Positions 8,112 to 17,375 of a stretch of 64,000 nt of DNA are shown here, in pieces; position 1 is the first letter of the stretch, and every line of letters begins with the position of its first letter. The position numbers were made by a program, and so were the translations under genes. This DNA is from Myxococcaceae bacterium (GTDB taxonomy: Bacteria; Myxococcota; Myxococcia; Myxococcales; Myxococcaceae). Location: NCBI GenBank assembly GCA_016793725.1, contig JAEUJP010000398.1, forward strand, positions 240 through 64,239, given 5' to 3'. The notes below the pieces were generated by a model. It had not been told where the DNA came from and did no database searches. It saw nothing but the letters and a program-made list of their open reading frames with translations.

Positions 8112-10526
8112 ATGGCTACGAATCAGGTCGGGAACAAAGCGCTCATCACCCACGCGAAGGTCGACGCCAAAATCATCGAGCGGCCCGACAGCAGCACGAC
8201 GAAGGCGCTCAAAGAGCTGTCGAAGAACAACAAGGGCGACGGCTCCATCTCGGGCGCCGAGATGGCCGATGCCATCGTGAAGGCCACCATCGACGGCGAC
8301 GGCCAGGCGGCGGGCGCCGAGTTCAAGCAGATTGAGAAGTGGGTGAAGGCGAACGGCGAGAAGCTCTCGCCCGAAGCGAAGAAGGTGTTCGAGGTCTACG
8401 CGAAGCACGCGCACAAGGCGCAGCGCGCGGGCAGCGACGGCATCGACTTCCGCGACTACCAGGTGATGCAGCGCGAGATGCGCAGCGCCGCCACCGTGAA
8501 ACACCAAGACAGCACGTCGGGCAAGGCCATCGACGACCTGCTGAAAGGCAACAAGACCAAGGGCTCGGTCTCGGGTCAGGAGCTCGCCGACGCGATCGTG
8601 TCGGCCACGAAAGACATCGACAACCAGGCCGCGGGCAAAGAGTACGCCGACCTGAAGAAGATGATCACCGAGAACCCCCAGCTCCTCTCGCCCGAGGCGA
8701 AGAAGGTCTGGGCGGTCTACGAGAAGGCGGTGCAGGCGGCGAAGGCCGACGGCATGACCGGCATTCCGCAAGACAAGTTCTCTCGCATGGTGCGCGACAT
8801 GATGCGCGCCGCGAACCCGCCGGCGGCGCAGCCTCCTCCTGCCGCGCAGCCCCCGGCGGCGCAGACCCCGGCTCCGTCGACGCCCGCTCCGGCTCCTTCG
8901 GCGCCGGCGCCGGCTCCTGCTCCTGCCGCGCCCGCTCCGGCCCCGGCGCCTGCCGCTCCGGCTCCTGCGCCCGCGCCGGCTCCGTCGCAGCCGGCTCCGG
9001 CGAGCGACACGCAGCTGCCCATCAACTGGGGCAACGTGCCCGAGTACGTCATCGGCTCGAACCCGCCTCCTGCGCAGACGGCGCCGGTGGGCGGCACGAC
9101 GGGCACGACGGGCACGACCGGCGCGGCGCCGCTCGACGCCTCGATGGCGGCGGCGCTCGATGCGCTGCTGGCGCAGAACGGCGGCGCGGGCAGCATCTCG
9201 GGTGAAGAGTTCGCGAAGGCGATGATCGAAGGCGCGAAAGACCTCGACAACAGCGCGGCGGGCTCCGAGTTTCAGGCGCTCAAAGAGTTCGTCGCGAAGC
9301 ACGCCGACAAGCTCTCGCCTGAAGCGAAGGCGGCGTTCGCCATCTACGCGAAGCACGCCGAGCCGCACGCGGCGGCGGGCCGCACCGGCATCCCCCTGAG
9401 CGAGTTCAACAAGATGTCGGAAGAGATGCTGAAGGCCGGCAAGGCCCAGTACTCTGACGCGAGCATGTCGGCGGCGCTGCAGTCGCTGGCGGCGGGCAAC
9501 ACGACGGCGGGCAGCATCTCGGCGCAGGAGTTCGCGAACGCCATCAACGCGGGCGCGAAAGACCTCGACAGCCAGGCGGCCGGCAAAGAGCTGCAAGACG
9601 CGATCAAGTTCTGCAAAGAGAACGAGCACCTGCTCTCGCCCGACGCGAAGAAGGCGCTGGCGCTCTACGAGGCGACGGCGAAGAAGTTCACGTCGAACGG
9701 TGGCACGGGCATTCCGCTGAGCGAGTTCAACAAGATGATCAGCGACATGGGCAAGATCGGCCTGCCCACGCCGGCGCCCGCGCAGCCTGCGCAGCCCGCC
9801 ACTCCGGCGACGCCCACGAAGCCGCCCCCGGCCGCGCAGCCTGCGCAGCCGTCGACGCCGAAGCCGCCCGCGCAAGAGGTCGACGCCAGCGCGGCGAAGG
9901 CGCTCGCGGCGCTCGCGAGGGCGAACAGCGGCAAGGGCAGCATCTCGGGTGCCGAGATGACCCAGGCGATCATGGACGGCATCAAAGACCTCGACAACAA
10001 GGCGGCGAGCGTCGAGTTCAAGCAGATCTCAGACTGGGTCGCGAAGAACGGCGACAAGCTCTCGCCCGAAGCGAAGAAGGCGTTCGACGTCTACGCGAAG
10101 TACGCGAAGGCGAACGCGGCGAAGGGCAACACGGGCATTCCCGTCTCGGAGCTGAAGAAGATGGAGACCGAGATGAAGACGGTCAGCCGGCCGCTGTACG
10201 GCGACACCTCGGCGGCGAAAGAGATCAACAAGCTCCAGGCGGGCAACAAGACTCCGGGCTCCATCTCGGGCAACGAGATGAAGAACGCGATTCTGAACGG
10301 CGCGGGCGACAACGACGCGCAGGCCGCGAAGAGCGAGTTCGAAGCGTTCAAGAAGTTCGCCGACGAGAACGCGCAGCTGTTGTCGCCTGACGCGAAGAAG
10401 CAGCTCGCGATCTACGAGAAGTACGCGAAGGCGGCGCAGGCGAAGGGCGAGACGGGCATCTCGGACGCCGAGTGGAAGAAGATGGAAAAAGAGATGGCGA
10501 ACGTCGGCAAGCCGTCGGCGAAGTAG
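8112..10526 (+). CDS. 804-aa protein made of six ~100-aa modules in three pairs joined by Pro/Ala linkers
   Basis: GS(I/V)S..E motifs at aa 44, 151, 360, 467, 609 and 716. LSP(E/D)AK at aa 85, 192, 401, 508, 650 and 757. The within-pair offset is exactly 107 aa. No signal peptide. Confidence 0.85.
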   Translation: MATNQVGNKALITHAKVDAKIIERPDSSTTKALKELSKNNKGDGSISGAEMADAIVKATIDGDGQAAGAEFKQIEKWVKANGEKLSPEAKKVFEVYAKHAHKAQRAGSDGIDFRDYQVMQREMRSAATVKHQDSTSGKAIDDLLKGNKTKGSVSGQELADAIVSATKDIDNQAAGKEYADLKKMITENPQLLSPEAKKVWAVYEKAVQAAKADGMTGIPQDKFSRMVRDMMRAANPPAAQPPPAAQPPAAQTPAPSTPAPAPSAPAPAPAPAAPAPAPAPAAPAPAPAPAPSQPAPASDTQLPINWGNVPEYVIGSNPPPAQTAPVGGTTGTTGTTGAAPLDASMAAALDALLAQNGGAGSISGEEFAKAMIEGAKDLDNSAAGSEFQALKEFVAKHADKLSPEAKAAFAIYAKHAEPHAAAGRTGIPLSEFNKMSEEMLKAGKAQYSDASMSAALQSLAAGNTTAGSISAQEFANAINAGAKDLDSQAAGKELQDAIKFCKENEHLLSPDAKKALALYEATAKKFTSNGGTGIPLSEFNKMISDMGKIGLPTPAPAQPAQPATPATPTKPPPAAQPAQPSTPKPPAQEVDASAAKALAALARANSGKGSISGAEMTQAIMDGIKDLDNKAASVEFKQISDWVAKNGDKLSPEAKKAFDVYAKYAKANAAKGNTGIPVSELKKMETEMKTVSRPLYGDTSAAKEINKLQAGNKTPGSISGNEMKNAILNGAGDNDAQAAKSEFEAFKKFADENAQLLSPDAKKQLAIYEKYAKAAQAKGETGISDAEWKKMEKEMANVGKPSAK

Positions 10527-10720
10527 GTGAAGACCGGCCCACGGCCCTGACCATGCCCTGAGCCATGCCCATGCGCGTACCGTCAGGGTGCGCTCCATGC
10601 GGCATGGCAGGGGCAGGCGCCGAGGCGCAGCCGCACTCAGTGTTGTGGTCGGGCTCCGCTGCTCATCGCGACGTCGAACGGTACGGCTGTTCGACGTCGA
10701 CATTCGCGGCCGCTGCGCCC

Positions 10721-11728
10721 TCAGTCGTGAACGTAGGTCTCGACGTCTTCGGTGCCGAAGGCCTCGCGACAGGCGATCTCGTTGCCCTTCTGGGGAATCG
10801 CGGCGGCCACGCGCAGCACGTTGTCGCTGTAGCGCGGCCGCAGCACGGCGATCAGCTTCTGCTTCGGGTGCTTCGGCACCACGATGCAGAGGTTGCCCTG
10901 CTCGACCTCTTTCAGGGCATTGTCGCGCAGCAGCTTGCGCCAGCCGCGGTTGTGCCCGTCCATCTTCAGCCAGTCGACGGTCTGCCCGATGGTGAGCTCA
11001 CGCCCACCGAGGAAGTGCGGTATTTCGCACCCCATCGCGCGGCTCACGTCCCACACGAAGATGTGCGCGCGCAGCGCCCCCTTCGCGTCGGGCAGGTAGC
11101 GCGGGTTATGGCCTGCCGCGAACTGCGCGATGACGTTGAGCAGGCTCCGCTTCGACCGCCGCCCGAACATGCTCTGCGCCGGAGGAATCGTCGCCTTCCA
11201 CGTGTCGATGGCGGCCAGCGCCGGCGGCGGGTGAATGCCGTCGTACACCTGGCTCACCTGCGACGACTCGTCTTCGTCTTCGTCGAGCGTGAGCCCCTTC
11301 GCGTGGCCCATGATGGCCGACGTCTCGGTGCGCTCTTCTTCGTCGAAGCCCGAGTGGTGCAGGCTCTTCTGCAGAACGTTCGGCCGCTGCGTGAGCACGC
11401 CGCTCGACGCGGGCTTCGCGGGAGCCGGCACGGGCGCAGGCGCCGGCGCAGGGGCCGGTGCCTTCGCTACGGGAACCAGCGGCGCCGTCTGCCGCTGCGT
11501 GGGAATCGAGCCGGTGATGCGGCGAATTTCGTCGAGCGAGGGGATGCGCTTGTTCGCCGTCGGCTCGGCGTCGAAGTCGAAGTCAGACAGCGTCGACGAA
11601 GGGCTCGAGGCGGGCTTCGGCTTCGGCGGGCCCGTCACGGCCGCCGCGGGCTTGAGGCCGGTCTTCGGCTTCTGTTTGGGGTCGGGCGGCTTGCCACTCA
11701 CAGCGACGCAGAGATTGTTATGTAGCAT
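10721..11728 (-). CDS. Hypothetical protein: Pro-rich N-terminal half plus ~170-aa C-terminal globular domain
   Basis: 335-aa ORF with protein-like composition. The first seven codons are AT-rich, so an alternative GTG start at 11701 is possible. Confidence 0.65.
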   Translation of the reverse strand: MLHNNLCVAVSGKPPDPKQKPKTGLKPAAAVTGPPKPKPASSPSSTLSDFDFDAEPTANKRIPSLDEIRRITGSIPTQRQTAPLVPVAKAPAPAPAPAPVPAPAKPASSGVLTQRPNVLQKSLHHSGFDEEERTETSAIMGHAKGLTLDEDEDESSQVSQVYDGIHPPPALAAIDTWKATIPPAQSMFGRRSKRSLLNVIAQFAAGHNPRYLPDAKGALRAHIFVWDVSRAMGCEIPHFLGGRELTIGQTVDWLKMDGHNRGWRKLLRDNALKEVEQGNLCIVVPKHPKQKLIAVLRPRYSDNVLRVAAAIPQKGNEIACREAFGTEDVETYVHD

Positions 11729-11739
11729 CTACCTTTGCA

Positions 11740-12618
11740 ATGAGCGTTCTCGACGCCGCCACCCTCTCGCGCATCTCGGGCGTGAAGCTGCGCGCCCGCG
11801 CCGTCGTCGAGGGTGTGCTGTCGGGGCTCCACAAGTCGCCGCACCAGGGGCAGAGCGTCGAGTTCGCCGAGCACAAAGAGTACGCGCCGGGCGACGAGCT
11901 GCGCCACCTCGACTGGAAGGCGTTCGGCAAGTTCGACCGCTATTACGTGAAGCGCTTCGAGCACGAGACGAACCTGCGCGCGGTGATGGTGGTCGACGGC
12001 TCGGGCAGCATGGCGTACGGCTCGGGGCCGCTGACGAAGCTCGACGTCGCGCGCACGCTGGCGGGCGCGCTGTCGTACCTGCTCGTGCGGCAGCAAGACG
12101 CGACGGGGCTCACCGTGTTCGCCGGCAACCAGCTGCGCGACGTGCCGCCGCGCGCGAACGCGTCACACCTGAACGTCGTGCTCGATGCGCTCGACGACCT
12201 CGGCGCCCACGGCACGACCGACCTGGCGTCTGCGGCCGACCACCTCGCCGAGAAGGTGCCGCGCCGCGCGTTCATCGCCGTCTTCTCTGACTTCTTCGAC
12301 GACCGCGCCGACGCGCTCAAGCGCCTCATCGCGCTCAAGGCCCGCCGGCACGACCTCGCCGTCTTTCACATCGTCGACCCGCTCGAGCTCACCTTCCCCT
12401 TCGAAGACCCGACGCTCTTTCTCTCGATGGAAGACGACCGCCGCCTCGAGGTTCACCCGGCCGAAATTCGCGAGAGCTACCTCGAAGAGTTCAACCGCTT
12501 TCTCGCCGACACCAAGGCGACGTGCACCGCCGCCGACGTCGACTACGAGCGCGTTCGCACCGACGAGCCGCTCGACGCCGTGCTGCTGCGGTTTCTCGCC
12601 CGGAGACAAGGCCGGTGA
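11740..12618 (+). CDS. DUF58 family protein (MoxR-associated)
   Basis: HKSPHQGQSVEFAEHKEYAPGDELRHLDWKA...VVDGSGSM, the classic DUF58 signature. Confidence 0.9.
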   Translation: MSVLDAATLSRISGVKLRARAVVEGVLSGLHKSPHQGQSVEFAEHKEYAPGDELRHLDWKAFGKFDRYYVKRFEHETNLRAVMVVDGSGSMAYGSGPLTKLDVARTLAGALSYLLVRQQDATGLTVFAGNQLRDVPPRANASHLNVVLDALDDLGAHGTTDLASAADHLAEKVPRRAFIAVFSDFFDDRADALKRLIALKARRHDLAVFHIVDPLELTFPFEDPTLFLSMEDDRRLEVHPAEIRESYLEEFNRFLADTKATCTAADVDYERVRTDEPLDAVLLRFLARRQGR

Positions 12619-14711
12619 CGTTCGCGCAGCCGCTGCTCTTGTGGGGCTGCCTCGGCGCGCTGATACCGCTGCTGGTTCACCTCTTCGACCGGCGGCGCCC
12701 GCGGCCCCACCCGTTCGGCGCCATCTCGTTCGTGCTGAAGAGCCAGAAGCGCACGGCGTCGCGCCTGCGCCTGCGCCGCCTGCTGCTCTACACGCTGCGC
12801 ACGCTCATCTTGCTCGCCGTGCCCATCGCCCTCGCGCGGCCCGAGCTGTCGAAGGCCGGCACCGTGAGCGCGGGCCTGGGGCCGATGGCGACGGTCATCG
12901 TGCTCGACGACTCGCTGTCGATGCGCTGGCGCGACACGAGCGGCCTGCAGGCGCAGACGCTGTTCGAGCGCGCGAAGGCCGAGGCGAGGTCGGCGGTGCG
13001 CGACCTGTTGCCCGAAGAGCCGGCGACGGTGCTGGTGTGCGGGGCGGCGCCGCTGCCGCCGGCTCCGCTGTCGTTCGACCGCGCGCGCATGCTGCAGGCT
13101 CTCGACGAGGCTCAAGCCACGTACGAAGCGGCCGACGCGAGCCGGTGCCTCGAGCTCGCGGCGCGGGCGCTCGAAGACAGCCTGCTGTTGGCGAAGCGCA
13201 TCGTGCTGGTGAGCGACTTCGCGGCGACGTCGCTGCGCACCGAGGCGCCGCTGCCGACGGTGGCGGGGCCGAAGGGCGAGCGCATCAGGCCCGAGGTGGT
13301 CTTGCGCGACGTGGCCTCGTCGTTGCCTGAGCTGCCGAACCGCGCGCTGCTCGACGTGAAGGTCGAGCCGGCGCCGCAGGTCGACCCGAAGGCGTTCGCG
13401 TTCACGTTCACCGCGCGCAACTTCTCGGCCGAGGCGATGAAAGACGTCGAGCTGCAGCTGAAAGTCGACGGCCGCGTGGTCGCCAAGGGCTTCTTCGACC
13501 TGCCGGCGCACGGCACGGGGCAGAAGGCCCTGACGCACCGGTTCGTGGGTGGGCCGGTGGCGGTGGTCGAGGGCGTGCTGGCGCCCGACGCGCTGACCGA
13601 AGACGACACGCGCACGGTGGTGCTGCCGGTGCCGCGAGAGCTGACGGCGCTGGTCGTGAACGGCGCGCCATCGCCGCAGAAGTTTCGCGACGAGGCGTTC
13701 TTCGTCGAGGCGGCGCTGCAGGCGACGGGCTCGCCGGTGCGGGCGGTGGTGCGCGACACCGACGCGGCGTTTCGCGAAGACTTCGCGCAGTACGACGTGG
13801 TGCTGCTCCTGAACGTCGAGGCGCCGCGCACCGACGTGGCGGCGCGGCTCAAAGCGTACGTCGAGAGCGGGCACGGGCTGTTCATCTCGATGGGCGACCG
13901 CGTCGACCCCGATGGGTGGAACGCGTCGATGGGCGGCGTGCTGCCGCGGCGGCTGAAGCTGTTCAAGACGGCGGTCGAGCCGGGGGCGAGCGACGTCGGC
14001 GCGCGGTCGGCGCGGCTGTCGCAGGTGGCGGCCGAGCACCCGGTGCTGGCGCCGTTCACGGGGCGCGCGCGTGAGGGCCTGATGAGCGCGCGGTTCTCGC
14101 GCTACATGCTGCTCGAGCCGGGCGCGGAAGGTGGCCAGGTGCTGGGCACGCTCGACGACGGGGCGCCGGCGCTGGTGGCGCGGCGGCTGGGGCGCGGGCA
14201 GGTGCTGCTGTTCACGTCGACGGTCGACCGCGACTGGAGCGACTTCTCGATTCGCACCTCGTTCTTGCCGCTGATGCAGCGGGTGGCGGCGTGGCTGTCG
14301 GGCTCGCTCGAAGAGCGCGAAGAGCTGAAGGTGCTGGTGGGCGAGACGGCGGTGCTGCCGACGCAGCTGCCGCTGACCGAGGTCGAGCTTCTGGGGCCCG
14401 AGGGTGTCGAGCTGAAGCTCACGAAGCAGCCCGACGGGGCGCTGGCGGCGGGGCCGCTGGCGGCGCCGGGTGCGTACGTGGCGAAGTCAGAAGGGCTGGT
14501 GGTGCCGTCGCTGTCGTTCGCGGTGTCGGTCGATGCGGCCGAGAGCGACCTGACGCGGCTGAAGCCGGAAGAGCTGAAGGCGTTCTTCGGCGACGACGCG
14601 GTGAAGGCGGGCGGGCAGAGCAGCGAGTCGAAGGCGCCCATCTGGACGTGGCTCATCGTGGCCGCGGTGATCGCGTTCTTTCTCGAGGGGCTGCTGTTAC
14701 CGAGACGTTAA
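12615..14711 (+). CDS. BatA-like membrane protein (aerotolerance-regulator N-terminal domain plus VWA-like MIDAS)
   Basis: GTG start overlaps the DUF58 stop (GTGA). N-terminus FAQPLLLWGCLGALIPLLVHLFDRRRP, DxSxS motif VLDDSLSM, and a C-terminal TM segment. Confidence 0.85.
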   Translation: MTFAQPLLLWGCLGALIPLLVHLFDRRRPRPHPFGAISFVLKSQKRTASRLRLRRLLLYTLRTLILLAVPIALARPELSKAGTVSAGLGPMATVIVLDDSLSMRWRDTSGLQAQTLFERAKAEARSAVRDLLPEEPATVLVCGAAPLPPAPLSFDRARMLQALDEAQATYEAADASRCLELAARALEDSLLLAKRIVLVSDFAATSLRTEAPLPTVAGPKGERIRPEVVLRDVASSLPELPNRALLDVKVEPAPQVDPKAFAFTFTARNFSAEAMKDVELQLKVDGRVVAKGFFDLPAHGTGQKALTHRFVGGPVAVVEGVLAPDALTEDDTRTVVLPVPRELTALVVNGAPSPQKFRDEAFFVEAALQATGSPVRAVVRDTDAAFREDFAQYDVVLLLNVEAPRTDVAARLKAYVESGHGLFISMGDRVDPDGWNASMGGVLPRRLKLFKTAVEPGASDVGARSARLSQVAAEHPVLAPFTGRAREGLMSARFSRYMLLEPGAEGGQVLGTLDDGAPALVARRLGRGQVLLFTSTVDRDWSDFSIRTSFLPLMQRVAAWLSGSLEEREELKVLVGETAVLPTQLPLTEVELLGPEGVELKLTKQPDGALAAGPLAAPGAYVAKSEGLVVPSLSFAVSVDAAESDLTRLKPEELKAFFGDDAVKAGGQSSESKAPIWTWLIVAAVIAFFLEGLLLPRR

Positions 14712-14746
14712 AAGCGCGCTCCGGCGGGGGTCGTTAGCGTTCAGAC

Positions 14747-15334
14747 ATGAAGCTGTTCTCGACACTCGCGGCAGTGGCGGCGGTGGTGACTGGTCAGGAC
14801 GGTGGCGTGCGGCTCGAGAACCTGGGTCGTCCGACGTCTCCCCCTGCGCAGGCGACCACGCGCCCACCCACCGACGGAGGGACGCCGGCCCCTCGCGTCG
14901 ACAACCAGATGGTACCGGCGCAACAGACACCGACGTCGCAGAACGCTGCGGCGGTGCAGCAGTCGCAGCAGGCACAGCAGCAGGTGCAGCAGCTGAAGAC
15001 CGAGCTGCAGTCGCAGAACGCGAAGCTCGACACCGCGGTGAACGAGCTGCAGCAGGTGAAGACCGAGCTGCAGACGAAGAACGCGAACGATGCGCGCCAG
15101 GCGCAGGCGGCCGAAGCGCAGCGCCAGGCGGCAGTGACGCTCGGCGCGGTCGACCAGCAGCTGTTGCAGGGCAACACCGCCATCGAAGGTCAGCTGTCGG
15201 CGGTCGAGAGCTCGCTCGGGCCTTCGGCGCGCGCGAACCTGGCCGCCGCGCGGCAGGCGCTCGCGAACAGCGACCTGGCGTCGGCGCGCTACTACCTGTC
15301 GCGCGCGGCGACCGACGCCCAGGCGGGCCGGTAA
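14747..15334 (+). CDS. Secreted Gln-rich coiled-coil protein
   Basis: Signal-like N-terminus MKLFSTLAAVAAVV. Heptad-like QQVQQLKTELQSQNAKLDTAVNELQQVKTELQ. Confidence 0.65.
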   Translation: MKLFSTLAAVAAVVTGQDGGVRLENLGRPTSPPAQATTRPPTDGGTPAPRVDNQMVPAQQTPTSQNAAAVQQSQQAQQQVQQLKTELQSQNAKLDTAVNELQQVKTELQTKNANDARQAQAAEAQRQAAVTLGAVDQQLLQGNTAIEGQLSAVESSLGPSARANLAAARQALANSDLASARYYLSRAATDAQAGR

Positions 15335-15379
15335 AACCGACGCCGGCGCCGTCGGGCCCGGTAGTACAGTCGCAGCTGC

Positions 15380-15984
15380 TTGGCCGCTCCCGCGCTGCGC
15401 ATCTTCGTTCTCGAAGACGACCTGCGAGTCCGCAAGCACCTCGTCGAGCTGCTCGACGGTGAGCCGGGCATGCGGGTCGTCGGCGATGCGGGCGACGTCG
15501 ACGAGGCGCTCGAGAAGCTCTCGAAGACGAAGGCCGACGTCGCGCTCGTCGACCTGAACCTGCCGGGCAAGAGCGGCGTCGACTTCATCACCGCGCTGGG
15601 CCGGGGCGGGCCGCAGGTGCTGGTGCACACGGTGCGCGATGACCGCACGTCGGTGCTCGCAGCCGTCAGGGCCGGCGCGTGCGGCTACGTGCTGAAGGGC
15701 AGCCCCCCGCGCGAGCTGGTCGAGGCGCTGTACAACCTCGACGGCGGGGGTGCGCCGATGACGCCGAAGATTGCGCGCGCTGTGCTGCGCGAGCTGCAGG
15801 AGCCGCCCGCCGGCCCCGACCTGCTGACGCCGCGCGAACGGCAGGTGCTTCAGCTCGTCGAACGGGGCCTCAGCTACAAAGAGCTCGCGAGCGAGCTCGG
15901 CATCTCGGTCAACTCTACGAGCAGCTGCAGGCGGGCGACAAGCGGTCGGCGCTCGCCGAGGCGCGGCGGCGCGGCCTGCTGTGA
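15380..15984 (+). pseudogene. NarL/LuxR-type response regulator, frame-disrupted in the HTH
   Basis: The receiver domain is intact (FVLEDD...DLNLPGKSG). The HTH reads LTPRERQVLQLVERGLSYKELASELGISVN in frame 1. The expected end LYEQLQAGDKRSALAEARRRGLL* is in another frame from 15913 and overlaps the kinase GTG start. The recognition helix is missing. Confidence 0.6.
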
Positions 15985-17321
15985 GCACGCTGGTCGCGCT
16001 GCTGCTCGCTGCGGCTCCGACCCCGCTGCAGTGGGAGTACCGCTGGGGCGACTCGCCGGTGGTCAACGGCCGCGCCGTGTGGCTCGACGACGGGTGGCCG
16101 TCGGCCGAATGGAGGCCCCTGTCGCCACCGAAGTACCCGAAGCGCGACGGCGGCGAAGACCGGCTGTGGCTGCGCGCGCGCGTGCCGGCGACGGGGCTGG
16201 CCGAACCCGCGCTGCGCGCCGACTTCATCGAAGGCACGTTCGAGGCGTACCTCGATGGGGCGCTGCTCTTCGCGGAGCCCGCCGAAGGGTTGAGACAGAC
16301 GGGGTTCGCCCCTTCGGCGAGCCACGTGGTGCGGCTGAAGCCCTCGGGTGGCGTGCTCGTGCTGCGGCTGTCGGCGGTGTACCCGCTCGCGGGCTTCTTC
16401 GGCGTACCGGTGCTGGTCGAGCGGGCCGAGCTCGTCACCGAGACCGTGCGGTCGGAGCTCGGGCGCGTCGTGGTGGGCTGTCTGATGCTGCTGCTCGGAG
16501 TGCTCGCGTACGAGATGGTGCAGCGCGCGCGCCGCGGTGAGCGCGAGGCCCGCTGGTTTCTCGCCGGCTTCGCGGTGCTGATGGCGGCGACGGTGCGCGA
16601 CATCGCGGCCGCGTTTTCAATCATCTCGTTCGAGCGGGACACGTACGTGCACTGGGGCATCTTCGGGTTCGTGCTGTCGCTCGGGTTCATTCTGCAGCGG
16701 CGGTGGGGGCAGACGCAGGTCGAGCTCGCCCGCGCGAAGCTCGAGCGAGAAGCGCTGCTGCGCGACCTGCACGACGGCATCGGCGGGGTGACGACGAACA
16801 TTCGCCTGCTCGCAGAGCTGGGCAGGCGCGGCGGAGGCGACGCGGCGCAGGCGCTCGAGTCGATCGCCCAGCTGTCGGGCGAAGGCATGGCCGAGCTGCG
16901 CGCGTTCATGGAGACGCTCGACCAGAACGCGATGACGTGGTCGACGCTGGTGGGCGAGCTGCGGCGCTACGGGAGGCAGGTCATCGAGTCGCGCGGGCAG
17001 CGGTTCGCGATGCGCGACCGGGTCGAGGCGGGCGGGGCTCCGAGCGGGCTGTTCTGCCTGGGCGTGCTGCGCATCTTTCGCGAGGCGCTGACGAACGTGG
17101 TGAAGCACGCGGGCGAGTCGGCGGTCGAGGTCGAGGTCGAGGTGACGGCGTCGGGCTTCGTGCTCGGCGTGCACAACGACGGCCGCGGGGCGTCGGCCGA
17201 GAGCGCGGGCGGCGGTCGGGGCCTCGGCAACATGGAGGCGCGCGCGCGTGAGCTGGGCGGTGAGCTGCAGGTGACGCTCGAGAACGGCGCGCACGTGCGG
17301 CTGACGGTGCCCCTCACCTGA
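15981..17321 (+). CDS. Sensor histidine kinase (HisKA_3/NarX-LiaS type)
   Basis: H-box LRDLHDGIGG. ATPase motifs FREALTNVVKHA and GGGRGLGNMEARARELGG. TM segments lie upstream of these. Confidence 0.9.
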   Translation: MSTLVALLLAAAPTPLQWEYRWGDSPVVNGRAVWLDDGWPSAEWRPLSPPKYPKRDGGEDRLWLRARVPATGLAEPALRADFIEGTFEAYLDGALLFAEPAEGLRQTGFAPSASHVVRLKPSGGVLVLRLSAVYPLAGFFGVPVLVERAELVTETVRSELGRVVVGCLMLLLGVLAYEMVQRARRGEREARWFLAGFAVLMAATVRDIAAAFSIISFERDTYVHWGIFGFVLSLGFILQRRWGQTQVELARAKLEREALLRDLHDGIGGVTTNIRLLAELGRRGGGDAAQALESIAQLSGEGMAELRAFMETLDQNAMTWSTLVGELRRYGRQVIESRGQRFAMRDRVEAGGAPSGLFCLGVLRIFREALTNVVKHAGESAVEVEVEVTASGFVLGVHNDGRGASAESAGGGRGLGNMEARARELGGELQVTLENGAHVRLTVPLT

Positions 17322-17375
17322 AAATCACCGGGGGGGGTGAGGCGGGGCTCTGGCGCCGTGCGCGACGGTGTGCGC

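Noticed and set aside
8112-10526. Calling the six modules functional calcium-binding EF-hands.
   Set aside because: The loop-like segments keep Gly6, Ile8 and Glu12 but lack the acidic ligands at positions 1, 3 and 5 in most copies. Only a structural resemblance can be claimed.
15380-16540. 386-aa ORF as a genuine response-regulator fusion protein.
   Set aside because: After the HTH break the translation is Arg/Ala-rich and lies out of frame over the histidine kinase gene. The ancestral C-terminus is visible in another frame, ending at 15984.
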